Of a DNA stretch of 64,000 nucleotides, positions 1 through 14,061 are shown piece after piece; the first letter of the stretch is position 1, and every line of letters begins with the position of its first letter. The position numbers were made by a program, and so were the translations under genes. The stretch covers positions 13,330,001 through 13,394,000 of the forward strand of contig OZ024758.1 of assembly GCA_964016885.1 (NCBI GenBank), given 5' to 3'. The notes beneath the pieces were generated by a model. That model ran no database searches, was not told the DNA's origin, and saw only the letters and a program-made list of their open reading frames with translations. The DNA comes from Eledone cirrhosa. Lineage: Eukaryota.

Positions 1-105
1 TATGTATATATGCATGTGTGTATATATATATATATATGATACATACACACACACGTATATATGCGTGTGTGCGTATAATGTATATATTTGTATATGTATT
101 ATATT

Positions 106-136
<31 letters not shown>

Positions 137-505
137 ATATATAATACATTTATATATAATAAATATATATAAATAATATATATAAATAATATATATATAC
201 ATATATGTACATATATGCATGTGTGTGTGTAATCGATAAATATGTATATATATATATATATACACACTGTAGTATCGTTATATTTTGTTTTGCTGCATTG
301 CTGATTGATTTATTAACTCGTCACCATATACAACAACAACAACACCAACAACAACAACAACCATATTGTCGATATATACACCTTTATCTTATTGTATTCT
401 TCTTTTACTTACCCCACCTTTCCCCCCCTCCTCCTTCTCCTTGCCACGTCTTTATTTCTTATAAGGTATATTATAAGGTTTATTAATTATAAGGTATATT
501 TATAG

Positions 506-700
506 GGGGCGGTGGATTGGCAGTATCAGTAGAGGGTCGGACGCCATGCTTTCCAGCATAGTTACGTCCCTTTACGGTCTGAGTTCAAATCCCGCCGAGG
601 TTAACTTTGCCTTTCATCCTTACGGGGTCGATAAAATAAAGTGCCAGTAATGTACTGGGGTAATTGCTGGCCTTGTGCCTAAAGTAGAAAAAATTAATTA
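506..700 (+). mobile_element. tRNA-derived SINE family S1 (MetaSINE/MESC-like core)
   Basis: A-box-like tggcagtatcagtag, B-box-like gagttcaaatcc, core gcctttcatccttacggggtcgataaaataaagt; near-identical copies at 8597, 31315, 46665 and 56326. Confidence 0.8.
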
Positions 701-920
701 TAAGGTATATTAGATACCTTTTTCACTCTGTCACGGTTTACCTGTCTTACACGGTTGTTTAAGTTCATTAAATATACAAACAATTGTTTCTACCTTTGGC
801 ACAAGGCCAGCAATTTTCCCCAGTACATTACTGGTACTTTTTCTCTCCTCTGCTCACCCCTTACATCTCCCGTCTTTCCCCCTTTTACACCCCGGCACTA
901 GTTCTCGTTATGTCGTCGCC

Positions 921-1120
921 ATTGTTGCTGCTGTTGTTGCTGTTGCTGCTGTTGTTGCTGTTGGGGCTGTTGTCGCTGTTGTTGTTGTTGTTGTTGTTGT
1001 AGTTGCTGTTGCTGTTGTTGTTGTTGTTGTTGTTGCTGCTGTCGTTGTTGCTGCTGTTGTCGTTGTTGTTGCTGTTGTCGCCGTTGTTTCTGTTGTTGTT
1101 GTTGTTGTTGTTGTTTCTGC

Positions 1121-1154
<34 letters not shown>

Positions 1155-1190
1155 CTTCTTCTTCTTCTTCTTCTTCTTCTTCTTCTCTTC
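921..1190. repeat. (GTT/GCT)n followed by (CTT)n microsatellite
   Basis: Seen directly; source of the poly-Q/L/T ORFs. Confidence 0.95.
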
Positions 1191-1440
1191 CCCCCCCCCC
1201 CCCCCCCCAACACCCCACCTGCATTATTGTCTCTATTGATCCTCCACACCTGAGCCTGTCTCACTCCCAACCTTATCAGGTTTGGGCTCAAATTAGCCGA
1301 GTTTTTATCATTTTCGTTGTTTTGTGTGGCTATCTTAATTAACTTACCACAGTATTTAATTCACAGATTAACTACGTAGCTAAAGATTGTGTGTGTGTAT
1401 ATATATATCTATATATCTATGCAGACAGCTTCCAAAAAAA

Positions 1441-1603
1441 TAATGGTCGCTTCTAATAGGGTACGTCAAAATTATTTATAAAACTGTTTATATATTGTAT
1501 TTTATCTGACGAAGGCATGCCATATTTTAATTTGGCATCCCTGAAATATATGTATAATGAAATAAATATGGTTTTATAATATAGTTTCCATTTATTTAAT
1601 ATC

Positions 1604-1606
<3 letters not shown>
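1441..1606 (+). mobile_element. Penelope-like (PLE) pLTR fragment, family B
   Basis: Similar to 38136-38292; contains a hammerhead; ends in (TA)n. Confidence 0.7.
1498..1564 (+). ncRNA. Minimal type I hammerhead ribozyme (family B)
   Basis: tattttat CTGACGA agg catgcca..tggcat ccct GAAA tatatgta TA atgaaata; stems I and II pair. Confidence 0.75.
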
Positions 1607-1668
<62 letters not shown>

Positions 1669-1699
1669 CGATTATATGAATATATATATATATATATAT

Positions 1700-1816
1700 A
1701 ACGAAGGAAATGTGGTAAGGAACCAGGTGGACCATAACGCACCAAAGTTCTCAATACTTAGAGTAGTAGAGTGGGTAATAGGAACGAGTAGGATCCCCGA
1801 CGGGGTCCTACTCGTT

Positions 1817-1820
<4 letters not shown>
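1700..1820 (-). mobile_element. (TA)n-embedded fold-back element, family A (PLE pLTR-like)
   Basis: Family A tail plus short inverted arm centred on ccccgacgggg; (TA)n on both sides. Confidence 0.8.
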
Positions 1821-1886
<66 letters not shown>

Positions 1887-2158
1887 ATTTATAATTCATA
1901 TATATATTATATTATTCATATATATAAATATATATATATGTATGTATGTATATATATATATATAGTGAAAAATGGAACGAGAACAAAACAGAGAGGCAGT
2001 TCAAACAAATATATATTATTCATATATATTAATATATATATGTATGTATATTATATATATATATATATATATACATACATACATACATATATATATTTAT
2101 ATATTTATATATATGAATAATATACATATATATATATAGGTATATATATATGTACATA

Positions 2159-2200
<42 letters not shown>

Positions 2201-2242
2201 GACGCAAATTATCATTATTTTTGTTGTTGTTGTTGTTCTTAC

Positions 2243-2286
<44 letters not shown>

Positions 2287-2587
2287 ATTCCATTCGATGA
2301 TTTCTTTTCTACTACATAACAGGTCCACCCTGTTTACCTTGAGGTGTGTACAACATTGTCATTAGGAGGGGGCGGGGGGCGAGTATGAAGGTGTGTCTGT
2401 AGGCGGAAGTGTGAAGGTGTTAGATTTCATTGGTTGTATCATGACATTTGTTTCATGTGTTAGTTCATGTGTCTCATTTGTTTATTGTGTGCAGAGTGTA
2501 TGTTAAGTTGTGTTATTTTATTTGGTGTTCGTTGAGTTACGTAGGAGATGATGTTACAGGAGTTTGGGAGATGGCGTTGTGGAAACT

Positions 2588-2846
2588 GTACTGTCAGGTG
2601 TGAGGTCTGTACTGTGTGGTCTGTACTGTGTGGTGTGTACTGTGTGGTGTGTACTGTGTGGTGTGTACTGTGTGAGGTCTGTACTGTGTGGTCTGTACTG
2701 TGTGGTGTGTACTGTGTGGTGTGTACTGTGTGGTGTGTACTGTGTGGTCTGTACTGTGTGATGTGTACTGAGTGGTGTGTACTGTGTGGTGTGTACTGTG
2801 TGGTGTCTACTGTGGGGTGTGTACTGTGTGGTCTGTACTGTGTGGT
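2588..2846. repeat. 12-bp minisatellite (gtactgtgtggt)
   Basis: About 20 slightly variable units. Confidence 0.9.
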
Positions 2847-3285
2847 GTTTGTCTCTCCAAATCTCCCTTTCTTCTTCTTCTTCTTCTTCTTCTTCTTCTT
2901 CTTCTTCTTCTTCCAGAGAGACTTATTAGAAGCAACCGCCTCCAATCGATCCGACTGCATCCCTTCCTCAAACTAAACCATCCGATCTCATGGATATCAT
3001 CTACCCCCCCCCCCCCCATCATGCCCCCCCCTCCCCGCCCACTCCACCGTCCTCCTCCCATTAAATTTTCATTTCCTACCCAGAAAGCACCTGTAGGTTG
3101 GTTTGCGATTTTGTCTCTCTGTAGTCATTGAATTAATTACAAACTTCGTTATACTACAACGAAGATAATTTTTTTAAAACGGAAACCTGGGAGTTAAAAG
3201 AATAAATGAATAACTAATATAATCCTTTCAATGACCAACGGCTTGGAACTAACATTTTTATCTCTGCCTCTCTCTCTCATCTCCT

Positions 3286-3463
<178 letters not shown>

Positions 3464-3503
3464 ATAGGAAAAGGAACAGTATATGTATTTACTATAGTTT
3501 GTG

Positions 3504-3569
<66 letters not shown>

Positions 3570-3572
<3 letters not shown>

Positions 3573-3762
3573 AACAAGTATGACCCCGACGGCAGAGCTC
3601 AAGCCGTTTCGACGGCTAATTCTGTCCAGAATTAGCCGTCGATACGGCTTGAGCTCCGCCGTCGGGGTCATACTTGTTCCTATTACCCACTCTACTACCC
3701 TAAGTATTGAGTACTTTGGTGCGTTATGGTCCATCTGGTTCCTTACCACATTTCCTTCGTTA
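3570..3762 (+). mobile_element. Family A fold-back element
   Basis: ~55-bp inverted arms centred on aattctgtccagaatt, then ~80-bp tail, inside (TA)n. Confidence 0.85.
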
Positions 3763-3804
3763 TATATATATATATATATATTTATATAACACAAACTATA
3801 GTAA

Positions 3805-3846
<42 letters not shown>

Positions 3847-3922
3847 GTGTGTGTATAACAAACTATAGTAAATATATATATATTATATATATATATATAT
3901 ATGTGTGTATAACAAACTATAG

Positions 3923-3959
<37 letters not shown>

Positions 3960-4353
3960 ATAACAAACTATAGTAAATATATATATTGTTCCTTTCCTAT
4001 ATGATTGTTTTCAACATTCGGTGATTTACAATTATTGCTAGAAACTAGAACAATAAAAGTTTTTTGTGTGAATATTACATACACACACATACACACACAC
4101 ACTCACACACACACATACTCACACATACACACGCATACACACACGCACACACACACCACACACACACACACACATACACACATATATACATATCCTAACG
4201 GGGCGGGGAAAACATTCTCTATAGCTGTGGAATTCTTTCCTTCAAAGATGATGATTTACTCTCCCTATCTGAGGTAAAGGGGGCTTAGAGACACTCAAAA
4301 CTCTTTGCTACATTTCACCCTCTCTTACTCACTCTCTCTCTCTCTCTCTCTCG

Positions 4354-4390
<37 letters not shown>

Positions 4391-4396
4391 ATCTCT

Positions 4397-4476
<80 letters not shown>

Positions 4477-4511
4477 CATATATATATATATATATCTATA
4501 TATCACACACA

Positions 4512-4549
<38 letters not shown>

Positions 4550-4762
4550 TTCTCCCCCCTCTCTCTCTATATATATATGTATATATATCAGACACACCCA
4601 CACACACATTCTCTCCCTCTCTCTCATTTAATTCTATGTATATTCACACATATATATGTATATAAGCGTTAAACTAATATATTATCATTGTATTCTATTG
4701 TTTTCCTGTTTTCTTTGTTGTCTTTTTCTATATATATATATACATACATATGTGCGTGTGTG

Positions 4763-4794
<32 letters not shown>

Positions 4795-4883
4795 CACATG
4801 TATGTATGTATATGTATGTGTATGCGAGTGGGGTGTTGAGTGGGTAGACGTTGATGCTTGCATGTACATATATATATATATAT

Positions 4884-5086
4884 AGGAATATATATAAGAA
4901 ACGAGTAAGGCCCCGACGGCTGAGCTCAAGCCGTTTCGACGGCTAATTCTGGACAGAATTAGCCGTCGAAACGGCTAGAGCTCAGCCGTCGGGGTCCTAC
5001 TCGTTCCTATTACCCACTCTACTACCCTAAGTATTGAGTACTTTGGTGCGTTATGGTCCATCTGGTTCCTTACCACATTTCCTTCG

Positions 5087-5088
<2 letters not shown>
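4884..5088 (+). mobile_element. Family A fold-back element
   Basis: Same layout as 3570-3762. Confidence 0.85.
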
Positions 5089-5157
<69 letters not shown>

Positions 5158-5550
5158 CATATTAACAAAGACAAAAGCTATTTGAAACCGGTTGATATTG
5201 ATCTTCTTTTAAATATATAAAACGTTTATTTATTCTCTTAAGTACACTGCTTTTACCTGTGAAATATTGTTTTATACTGACACACTATCTCCCAAACATT
5301 CTTATGGTGTTTTTCAAGTAGTTGGCTGTAGGCAAAATCGATTAATAATATCGATCAGTAAGCCGGAGGATTATTGATTCGTATCCCATTATCGATAAAT
5401 ACAATGTGAGGCGGCGAGACACTAAACTCTCGCCAGCCCAGTTCATTTAACCCAGTTCATTTAACCCAGTTCATTTAACCCAATTCAAAGAGGCAGATTT
5501 AATATTTTGGCCGTAAAGTATTTCTTTAACGAGCAGCTCTAGGCTGAGAC

Positions 5551-5900
5551 AGGCGGTGAATTGGTAGAATTGTTAGAAAGTCGGATAGAATACTTTGACC
5601 ATATTTGGTCCGGGTTCTCTGCTCTCTGAGTTCAAATCATGTCGAAGTCAACTTTGCCTTTCATTCATTCGAGATTGATAAAAAAAAAAAAAAGTACCAT
5701 TCTAATACTGGGGTCGGTTCTTCCTCTATATGTATATCTCATTTCCATTCTCTCACTCTCTTTCTATCCTTCTCTGGAAGAAATCTGCTGTGTTCAGGCC
5801 TGAAGAGGAGATGAGCTCCACCAGGTTTTAAAATGCCCTAGATACACTGTATGCCATTATGGTACCTCTACGACCCCACCAGGAGTTACGAGTCCATACA
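5551..5900 (+). mobile_element. tRNA-derived SINE family S2 (same core as S1, longer body)
   Basis: aggcggtgaattgg head, gagttcaaat B-box, body ending ggagttacgagtccatac; paralogues at 30121, 40845, 41540 and 47296. Confidence 0.7.
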
Positions 5901-5986
5901 TATATTGTTTCTTTAGCATGAAGTATTACGCTGGAAGTAAAATACATTTTTCACTCATTCGCTTCACATATATTGACAATATATGT

Positions 5987-6101
5987 ATCGGAGCGGAGCT
6001 GGGTAACCACAAGTCTGAGCCCCCGCGAAGTAGACTGGCTGTTCCAGCGGGTCTCCTTCGTCGTCTTCTGGGGCAATGTCTTTTCCATCCTGTCGGCTGG
6101 A
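5987..6101 (+). pseudogene. Decayed C-terminus of a CRE-like non-LTR retrotransposon (restriction-like endonuclease end)
   Basis: With one frameshift it reads IGAELGNHKSEP/REVDWLFQRVSFVVFWGNVFSILSAG, resembling the recalled CRE-clade end EPRExxWLFQRISxAxxRGNAxSIL. Confidence 0.55.
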
Positions 6102-6215
6102 ATCACAAGGCCCTTAAGCTTCATTTGTGGCGGTGGGTATGTGGAATAGATTTCCTTCCACAAGCACGAGTACTTGAGTACGTAAATTCGGTTGTTTAGA
6201 GTTAAGCTAATACTA

Positions 6216-6390
6216 CCGTATTTCCCGGTGTTGAAGACGCTACTTTTTTTTCATAAAATAAGTCACAAAATTCTACCAAGGAGTCTGTCCTGGAGGCCGA
6301 AGATTGTTTATTATTTTTTTTCAAATTTTTGGTTGTCAAAATTAGGGTGCGTCCTCGAAGACGAAGCATCTTCGGCGCCGGGAAATATGG
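6216..6390. mobile_element. Tc1/mariner-pogo-type MITE
   Basis: Terminal inverted repeats ccgtatttcccggtg / cgccgggaaatatgg; TA on the left. Confidence 0.7.
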
Positions 6391-6926
6391 TTTATTTCCT
6401 TTTATTGAATGTTTATTCAAAAGAAGAAGGCCGGCTTCCACGGCCCTGTTTCGATGTCTTCGAGATTGGTGGAAAGAATAACGAGATAGCCATCTTGTTT
6501 GTAACACTAAAGACATAATGTAGTAATTATTGCCCAACTAAATACCATAAGGCAGATAGTACTTCTTAGTCCAGCAACACTACGTTATGTTACGTTCCGA
6601 TTTCAATTTCGAAATTTTTCTAGAATCAAACTGGCTTTCCATGCCTCTTCAGGTACGGTGGTACGCTGAAACAAATACCGGTTATTTCCCCTTATCGAAT
6701 CTACCTATCGACAATAGAAAATAATATGTGGCATCTTGCCAATGGGAAAGCCATTATCCATTGGCAGTATCTCAGTTGTATAAATTTCCGTAAACAACAC
6801 TTCAGCTCAGTATATCTACATTTACAAAATAGACTAGATAGTAATTCTTGGTAAACATTTACAACACACATACATACATACATACATACATACATACATA
6901 CATACATACATACATACATACATACA

Positions 6927-6962
<36 letters not shown>

Positions 6963-7013
6963 TGCACACTCAAACACACACACATATATATATATATATA
7001 CATACATACATAT

Positions 7014-7047
<34 letters not shown>

Positions 7048-7277
7048 TTCAGTATGTTTATCGTGTTTAAATAAATGCGTTTTAAAACGGTAAGGGAATC
7101 TAACATAACACTTAGGAAAGAAAATATGTTTAGATTAGTAATCTAAGATCTTCTTGGAATTTTCCATATTAATTCCAAAACTTCTGTATATGAATGTCTC
7201 GTTTATTTTGACCGGTCACCTTCTCGGCGGCAAGTTTAGAAAGAAAAGGAAATTTCCGTCGTCCCTTGTGCAATCGT

Positions 7278-7421
7278 TCATACTTTGAATCTTGAGAATA
7301 TTTTACAGATTTTTAAGATTCCAGATATTGTGGCCATTTGTAGTTTATGTTATGAAATTTAGGAGCTGCGTTCTTTCTTCTAGAATCCATGTTCAGTCAT
7401 ATTTTGGTTCAGGCGGGTTGG
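7278..7421 (-). pseudogene. Decayed 3' end of an RLE-type non-LTR retrotransposon (R4/Dong-like)
   Basis: Minus strand reads PTRLNQNMTEHGF*KKE../KLQMATISGILKICKIFSRFKV*, similar to the recalled LQxxxISGTxKICKxF terminus. Confidence 0.5.
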
Positions 7422-8470
7422 TAGCTTCTGATAGCTTGTGATAGCTCATGATAGCTCATGATAGCTCATGATAGCTCATGATAGCTCCTGATAGCTCATG
7501 ATAGCTCCTGATAGCTCATGATAGCTCATGATAGCTCCTGAGAGCTCATGATAGCTTCTGATAGCTTTGATAGCTCATGGTAGCTCATGATAGCTCATGA
7601 TAGCTCACAATAGCTCATGATAGCTTCTGATAGCTTCTGATAGCTCATGGTAGCTCATGATATCTCATGATATCTCATGATAGCCCCCCCCCCCCCCCCC
7701 AATAGCTCTTGATAGATCATGATAGCTTTTGAAAGCTCCTGATATCTCATGATAGCTCCTGATATCTTATGATAGCTCCTGATATCTTATGATAACTCCT
7801 GATATCTTATGATAGCTCCTGATATCTTATGATAGCTCCTGATATCTTATGATAGCTCCTGATATCTTATGATAGCTCCTGATATCTTATGATAGCTCCT
7901 GATAGCTTCTGATAGCTCCTGATATCTTATGATAGCTCCTGATATCTTATGATAGCTCCTGATATCTTATGATAGCTCCTGATATCTTATGATAGCTCAT
8001 GATATCTTATGATAGCTCCTGATATATTATGATAGCTCCTGATATCTTATGATAGCTCCTGATATCTTATGATAGCTCCTGATATCTTATGATAGCTCCT
8101 GATATCTTATGATAGCTCCTGATATCTTATGATAGCTCCTGATATCTTATGATAGCTCCTGATATACTATGATAGCTCCTGATATCTTATGATAGCTCCT
8201 GATATCTTATGATAGCTCCTGATATCTTATGATAGCTCCTGATATCTTATGATAGCTCCTGATATATTATGATAGCTCCTGATATCTTATGATAGCTCCT
8301 GATATCTTATGATAGCTCCTGATATCTTATGATAGCTCCTGATATCTTATGATAGCTCCTGATAGCCCCACATAGCTCCTGATAGCTCATGATAGCCCCA
8401 CATAGCTTCTGATAGCTCATGATAGCCCCACATAGCTCCTGATAGCTCATGATAGACCCCCATAGCTCCA
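7421..8470. repeat. 10-bp satellite that becomes a 20-bp dimer (gatatcttat gatagctcct)
   Basis: Seen directly, about 100 10-mers. Confidence 0.95.
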
Positions 8471-8596
8471 ATAATAATAGGTATTGAACTAAGTATCTAT
8501 TTCAGATATTTGATCCACAAACTCTTCATCAATCTTCTTTATGTTCTGCATTTTGTGCCTAAAGTGGAAATCATTATTACGCGGTGGATTGGGTAA

Positions 8597-8787
8597 GGGG
8601 CGGTAGATTGGCAGTATCGGTAGAGGGTCGGACGCCATGCTTTGACACATAGAGTTACGGCCCTTGCCATTCTGAATTCAAATCCCGCCGAGGTTATCTT
8701 TAGCTTTCATCCTTACGGGGTCGATAAAATAAAGTACCAGTAATGTACTGGGATAATTGCTGGACTTGTGCCAAAGGTAGAAACAAT
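8597..8787 (+). mobile_element. SINE S1
   Basis: Similar to 506-700. Confidence 0.8.
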
Positions 8788-9445
8788 TTTTACCCCCCCC
8801 CCCCCCCCTCTCCTCCCCGTTATATATATTTATTTATACCTGTATTTATTTCTACTTATTTCAGTTTGTTTATATCGCTGTAGTTTTTTCCTATTTAAAG
8901 TAAGGAGATTTAATATATTACGTCAATGTTTCTTGCGATAACTGGTTTTATATCGAAGAGAGAATATACTTCCTCCTACACCCTACCCCCGCTTAAAGAT
9001 TCTCAATCTGAATCTAGGTTCTGAGACTAATGGAGCCAGCCATTATTTCATCACAATTATAGAAATTATAGAAATATCATAGGTAGAGATGTTGACAATT
9101 AAATTACTTTAAATAGAAACGAAATTTAAATCTTGATCAACAAAAATATGTTTCAAATCTTAGTACGTGTCAGAATATCTAATATCTAATATCTAATGAT
9201 AGAAAATATGAATATATAACTTTGAAACCACATTTTTGTAATTGCCCAGTATGTCAAAGTTAAATCAAGCTTGAAGAACATTTTAGATTTAGTTTAATAG
9301 CAATTATTTTTCCATTATTTTTTCTACTAAAAGGATAAAAATGGTTTATTTTCCTGCGTGGTTTTATTTGTGGATATTTTATAGAGAAAGCGATATAGAA
9401 GAGTCTATAAAACTGAAATAAAATAGAAGGCGTATAAAGAAAATA

Positions 9446-9485
<40 letters not shown>

Positions 9486-9488
<3 letters not shown>

Positions 9489-9688
9489 AGTAAGTAAGAC
9501 CCCGACGGCTGAGCTCAAGCCGTTTCGACGGCTAATTCTGTACTCAAATTCAGTACAGAATTAGCCGTCGAAACGGCTTGAGCTCAGCCGTCGGGGTCTT
9601 ACTTACTCCTATTACCCACTCTACTACCCTAAGTATTGAGTACTTTGGTGCGTTATGGTCCACCTGGTTCCTTACCACTTTTCCCTCG

Positions 9689-9691
<3 letters not shown>
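9486..9691 (+). mobile_element. Family A fold-back element
   Basis: Inverted arms around the stem-II-like centre ctgtactcaaattcagtacag, then tail, inside (TA)n. Confidence 0.85.
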
Positions 9692-9780
<89 letters not shown>

Positions 9781-9784
<4 letters not shown>

Positions 9785-10045
9785 GAAGGTATATATAAAA
9801 TAGAATGTATATATATGTATATGAAATAGAAGGTATATATATAAAATAGAATATATATATATATATAAAATAGAATGTATATACACAAAATAGAATGTGT
9901 ATATATAAAATAGAATGTATATAAATAAAATAGAATATGTATATATAAAATCAAATCTGTATACATAAAATAGAATGTGTATATATAAAATAGAATGTAT
10001 ATACACAAAATAGAGTGTGTAAATATAAAATAAAATGTATATAAC
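9781..10045. repeat. ~20-bp minisatellite (ataaaatagaatgtatatat)
   Basis: Seen directly. Confidence 0.8.
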
Positions 10046-10249
10046 ATAAAAGTTGGTAGGAAAAAATGAATTGTAATATGTTGTTTTTTTCTATCAGGTT
10101 TTATGGATTAATATTTTTTTTCTGACGCAGATTATTACTGGTATTCTTGGATCCTAAAACTTGAATATGTATATTTCTGTCCTTTTTATTAATGAGGGCA
10201 GATTATCTACATGTTAGGGAATTTCAAATATATATATATATATATATAC

Positions 10250-10424
10250 AATGATATTAAATAAATGGAAACTATATTTATAAAACCATATTTATTTTAG
10301 TATATATATTTCAAGGGCAACCAAGACAACATTGGTGCGCTTTCATCAGATAAAATACAAAGTTTGTTTTATAAATAGAGACGTACCCATGAAAACCATA
10401 CCTTATCGGTTGGAAATTCACTGG

Positions 10425-10425
<1 letters not shown>
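10250..10425 (-). mobile_element. Family B PLE-like fragment with hammerhead at 10293-10357
   Basis: Minus strand: ttttat CTGATGA aag..cctt GAAA tatata TA ctaaaa. Confidence 0.7.
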
Positions 10426-10490
<65 letters not shown>

Positions 10491-10515
10491 GTGTGTGTGT
10501 ATGTGTGTGTGTGTT

Positions 10516-10756
10516 AAGTGTTTCCGTAGAAAAGGTAAAGGAAAGAAGAGTGCTCTATGTATAGTACAGAGCTATTTAATTATGTAATAAACAACACAAT
10601 TTAATTAATCCATTACCCAAGGTTTCACGCAGTCAGACGATTTGGATATCCAAATAAAAATTTCTATCTGATGAACGGATTCAGACACTTCTGTTAGAAT
10701 CGTCAGACTTCGTGAAACCTTGGGTAATGGAATAATTATATTGTGTTGTTTATTAC

Positions 10757-10763
<7 letters not shown>
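10516..10763. mobile_element. Family E fold-back element with hammerhead at 10662-10732 (+)
   Basis: Arms 10578-10642 and 10698-10762; ttctat CTGATGA acgga..ttcgt GAAA ccttggg TA atggaa; related copy at 18865-19055. Confidence 0.75.
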
Positions 10764-10794
<31 letters not shown>

Positions 10795-10886
10795 TATCGC
10801 CGTATTGACTAAAGAAATTAAAGAAATTATTTAGCCTGATAGTGGGGTTAAGAACCCTCGGAGAAATGGAAAAAGATGAGTATTGA

Positions 10887-11016
<130 letters not shown>

Positions 11017-11253
11017 CTATTAAAACACCTCTGCCCATCATCAACAAAGAAAAGACATAAATAAAACCAATCTCCTGATGTAGTGTGCAAACGAAATGTT
11101 GTTTGTCCTGGTGTCTTTTGTGTAAGATCTTAAGATCCAGCTGTGAAGATAGAATCTGATTCCCACCAATTGAAGCAGAAATCTATAATGAAAGACTGTT
11201 AGTTAAAATAGCATCACTAAACAAGAGCAATAACAACGGTGATAACAGGTACG

Positions 11254-11286
<33 letters not shown>

Positions 11287-11381
11287 GGAATAACAACAAT
11301 TGAGGCATCAGTAGCTATTTATATCTTCGATATATTTCATATAAATATATTGTAAGAGCAAAGTCAATGAATATTTATCTA

Positions 11382-11451
<70 letters not shown>

Positions 11452-11545
11452 CATGTGAGACGCGCGTTTCGCAATTGATTACCTCAAGGTTCGATCTGTA
11501 TCGAATATATATATATATGCATTCGATACAGATCATACATACATA

Positions 11546-12083
<538 letters not shown>

Positions 12084-12137
12084 TTAAGTAAGTGCCGTAC
12101 TAAGAGTGAGAAATGAAATTCCGTTTCATTCTATTCC

Positions 12138-12205
<68 letters not shown>

Positions 12206-12210
12206 TTGTA

Positions 12211-12261
<51 letters not shown>

Positions 12262-12508
12262 TTATATATATATTATGAATTGAACGTGCTAATTTGCATA
12301 TAATTAGTGCTTACGTTGGTATTTAAGATCTGGTAATTAAGATGGTAATTAATTAAGATATATATTAAGAATTGCACTAGAGACTGCATCAACGTGTATG
12401 ATATGTATGTATGTAAATATGCCAGCAAATACAAAAATATATATATACATACACACACACACACATATATATATATTTTATCTATTACATTCACGTATTA
12501 TATTTCGA

Positions 12509-12566
12509 ATACCTGATGATATCACCGGATTCATACGGAACTCGGTCATTGAAATGATCATAGTAT
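12509..12566 (+). ncRNA. Minimal type I hammerhead ribozyme
   Basis: atac CTGATGA ..accgg..ctcggt.. GAAA tgatca TA gtat; palindromic stem III. Confidence 0.65.
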
Positions 12567-12757
12567 AATAACCCTTTCAAGGATTTACGCAAATCCAGCC
12601 TCCTGTCATTTCATTATAATATTTAACTCCGTAATAGCACCACCAACTACAAAAACAAAGACGGTTGAACTGCTTTACGTTGAGTATTCTCTATATTATT
12701 ACATTGCGATTGCCCATACGGAATAGACCAGCTCTATCCAGTGGTAAACCTCAAACC

Positions 12758-12812
<55 letters not shown>

Positions 12813-12924
12813 GTGTGTATGTGTGTGTGTGTATATGTGTGTATCTATCTATCATTGTGTCTATGAGTGCGTCCAAACGCAAATGACCATAATATAAGTA
12901 GATCACTATATATATATATATATT

Positions 12925-13100
12925 TATAATAAGGTTGCTTGGATGCATCCATAGGCGATATGCCAGTTGAGCTCTCTATGCTCCTTTGGAGCAGAGTATA
13001 ATAATATGGAAAACGAAGAATCAGTGATGCATCGGAACACAATTTATTACGTAATAAATTGTGTTCCGATGCATCACTGATTCTTCGTTTTCCACATTAT
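12925..13100 (-). mobile_element. Family F fold-back element (50-bp arms at 13001-13100 plus tail)
   Basis: Near-perfect palindrome centred at 13050/13051; tail also present at 36300-36357. Confidence 0.7.
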
Positions 13101-13278
13101 ATATATATAAAATTTTGATTTGAATTTGAACGTTTGTACAATTATTGTACAATACTCGTAAAATATATGTCACATCCATTCCACCCTGTAAATACGAAAC
13201 TGTTGCTCACAATTTATATCTATCTATATTATTGTTCAGTTGGATAGGAGGGTAATTATATGTGCAAACATTGATAAT

Positions 13279-13323
13279 GCTCCGATGATTCCAAACGAGA
13301 GTTTGGAAGAAACGATTGTCAGC
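13279..13323 (+). ncRNA. Hammerhead-like motif with CCGAUGA core variant (family G)
   Basis: gct CCGATGA ttccaaac gaga gtttggaa GAAA cgattg TC agc; homologue at 44074-44113 (-) also has CCGAAGA. Confidence 0.6.
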
Positions 13324-13360
13324 TATTAAATGATTTGAACACAATTTTGATAATTGTATA

Positions 13361-13473
<113 letters not shown>

Positions 13474-14002
13474 ACAGTTCAAACAATCGAAAAATCGGGT
13501 AAAGTATCCGTGAGAATCCCAAGCAACAGAAGACTGAACTTGTCACTATCTTAATAGAAACAGATAAAAGAAAGTGAGAACGAACTCTAGTTGTAGACAC
13601 AACCCTGTTACATAAGAACCGTCTGCTGTCCCTATAACCATAAATAAACGACCCTCTTTTGCATTTACAAATACTTTTCCGTCTGTACTAAATGTAAAAG
13701 ATCGTTATATTCCAATGAGGAAAAAACTTACATAGTTGCTTAAAAAACTATGACTGTTTATTAGTGGTGCGATTTGTTGGCTTAGGTTTCTTTTTTGTTC
13801 TGACAGGAAACAATCCTACTTACTATTGCTTCTCAGTAGAGCCTTAAAGCATGACTTACTAATATGAAATTGCAGAACTAATTACCAACAAGTGAATATC
13901 TTCGTATGTAGACTAAATGACTAAATGCAATGAAAGCTGAAAACTCTTCTGTTTCCATGGAACAAAACCATCCATTTAAAAGGTTCCTAATTTAATTCAA
14001 AT

Positions 14003-14061
<59 letters not shown>

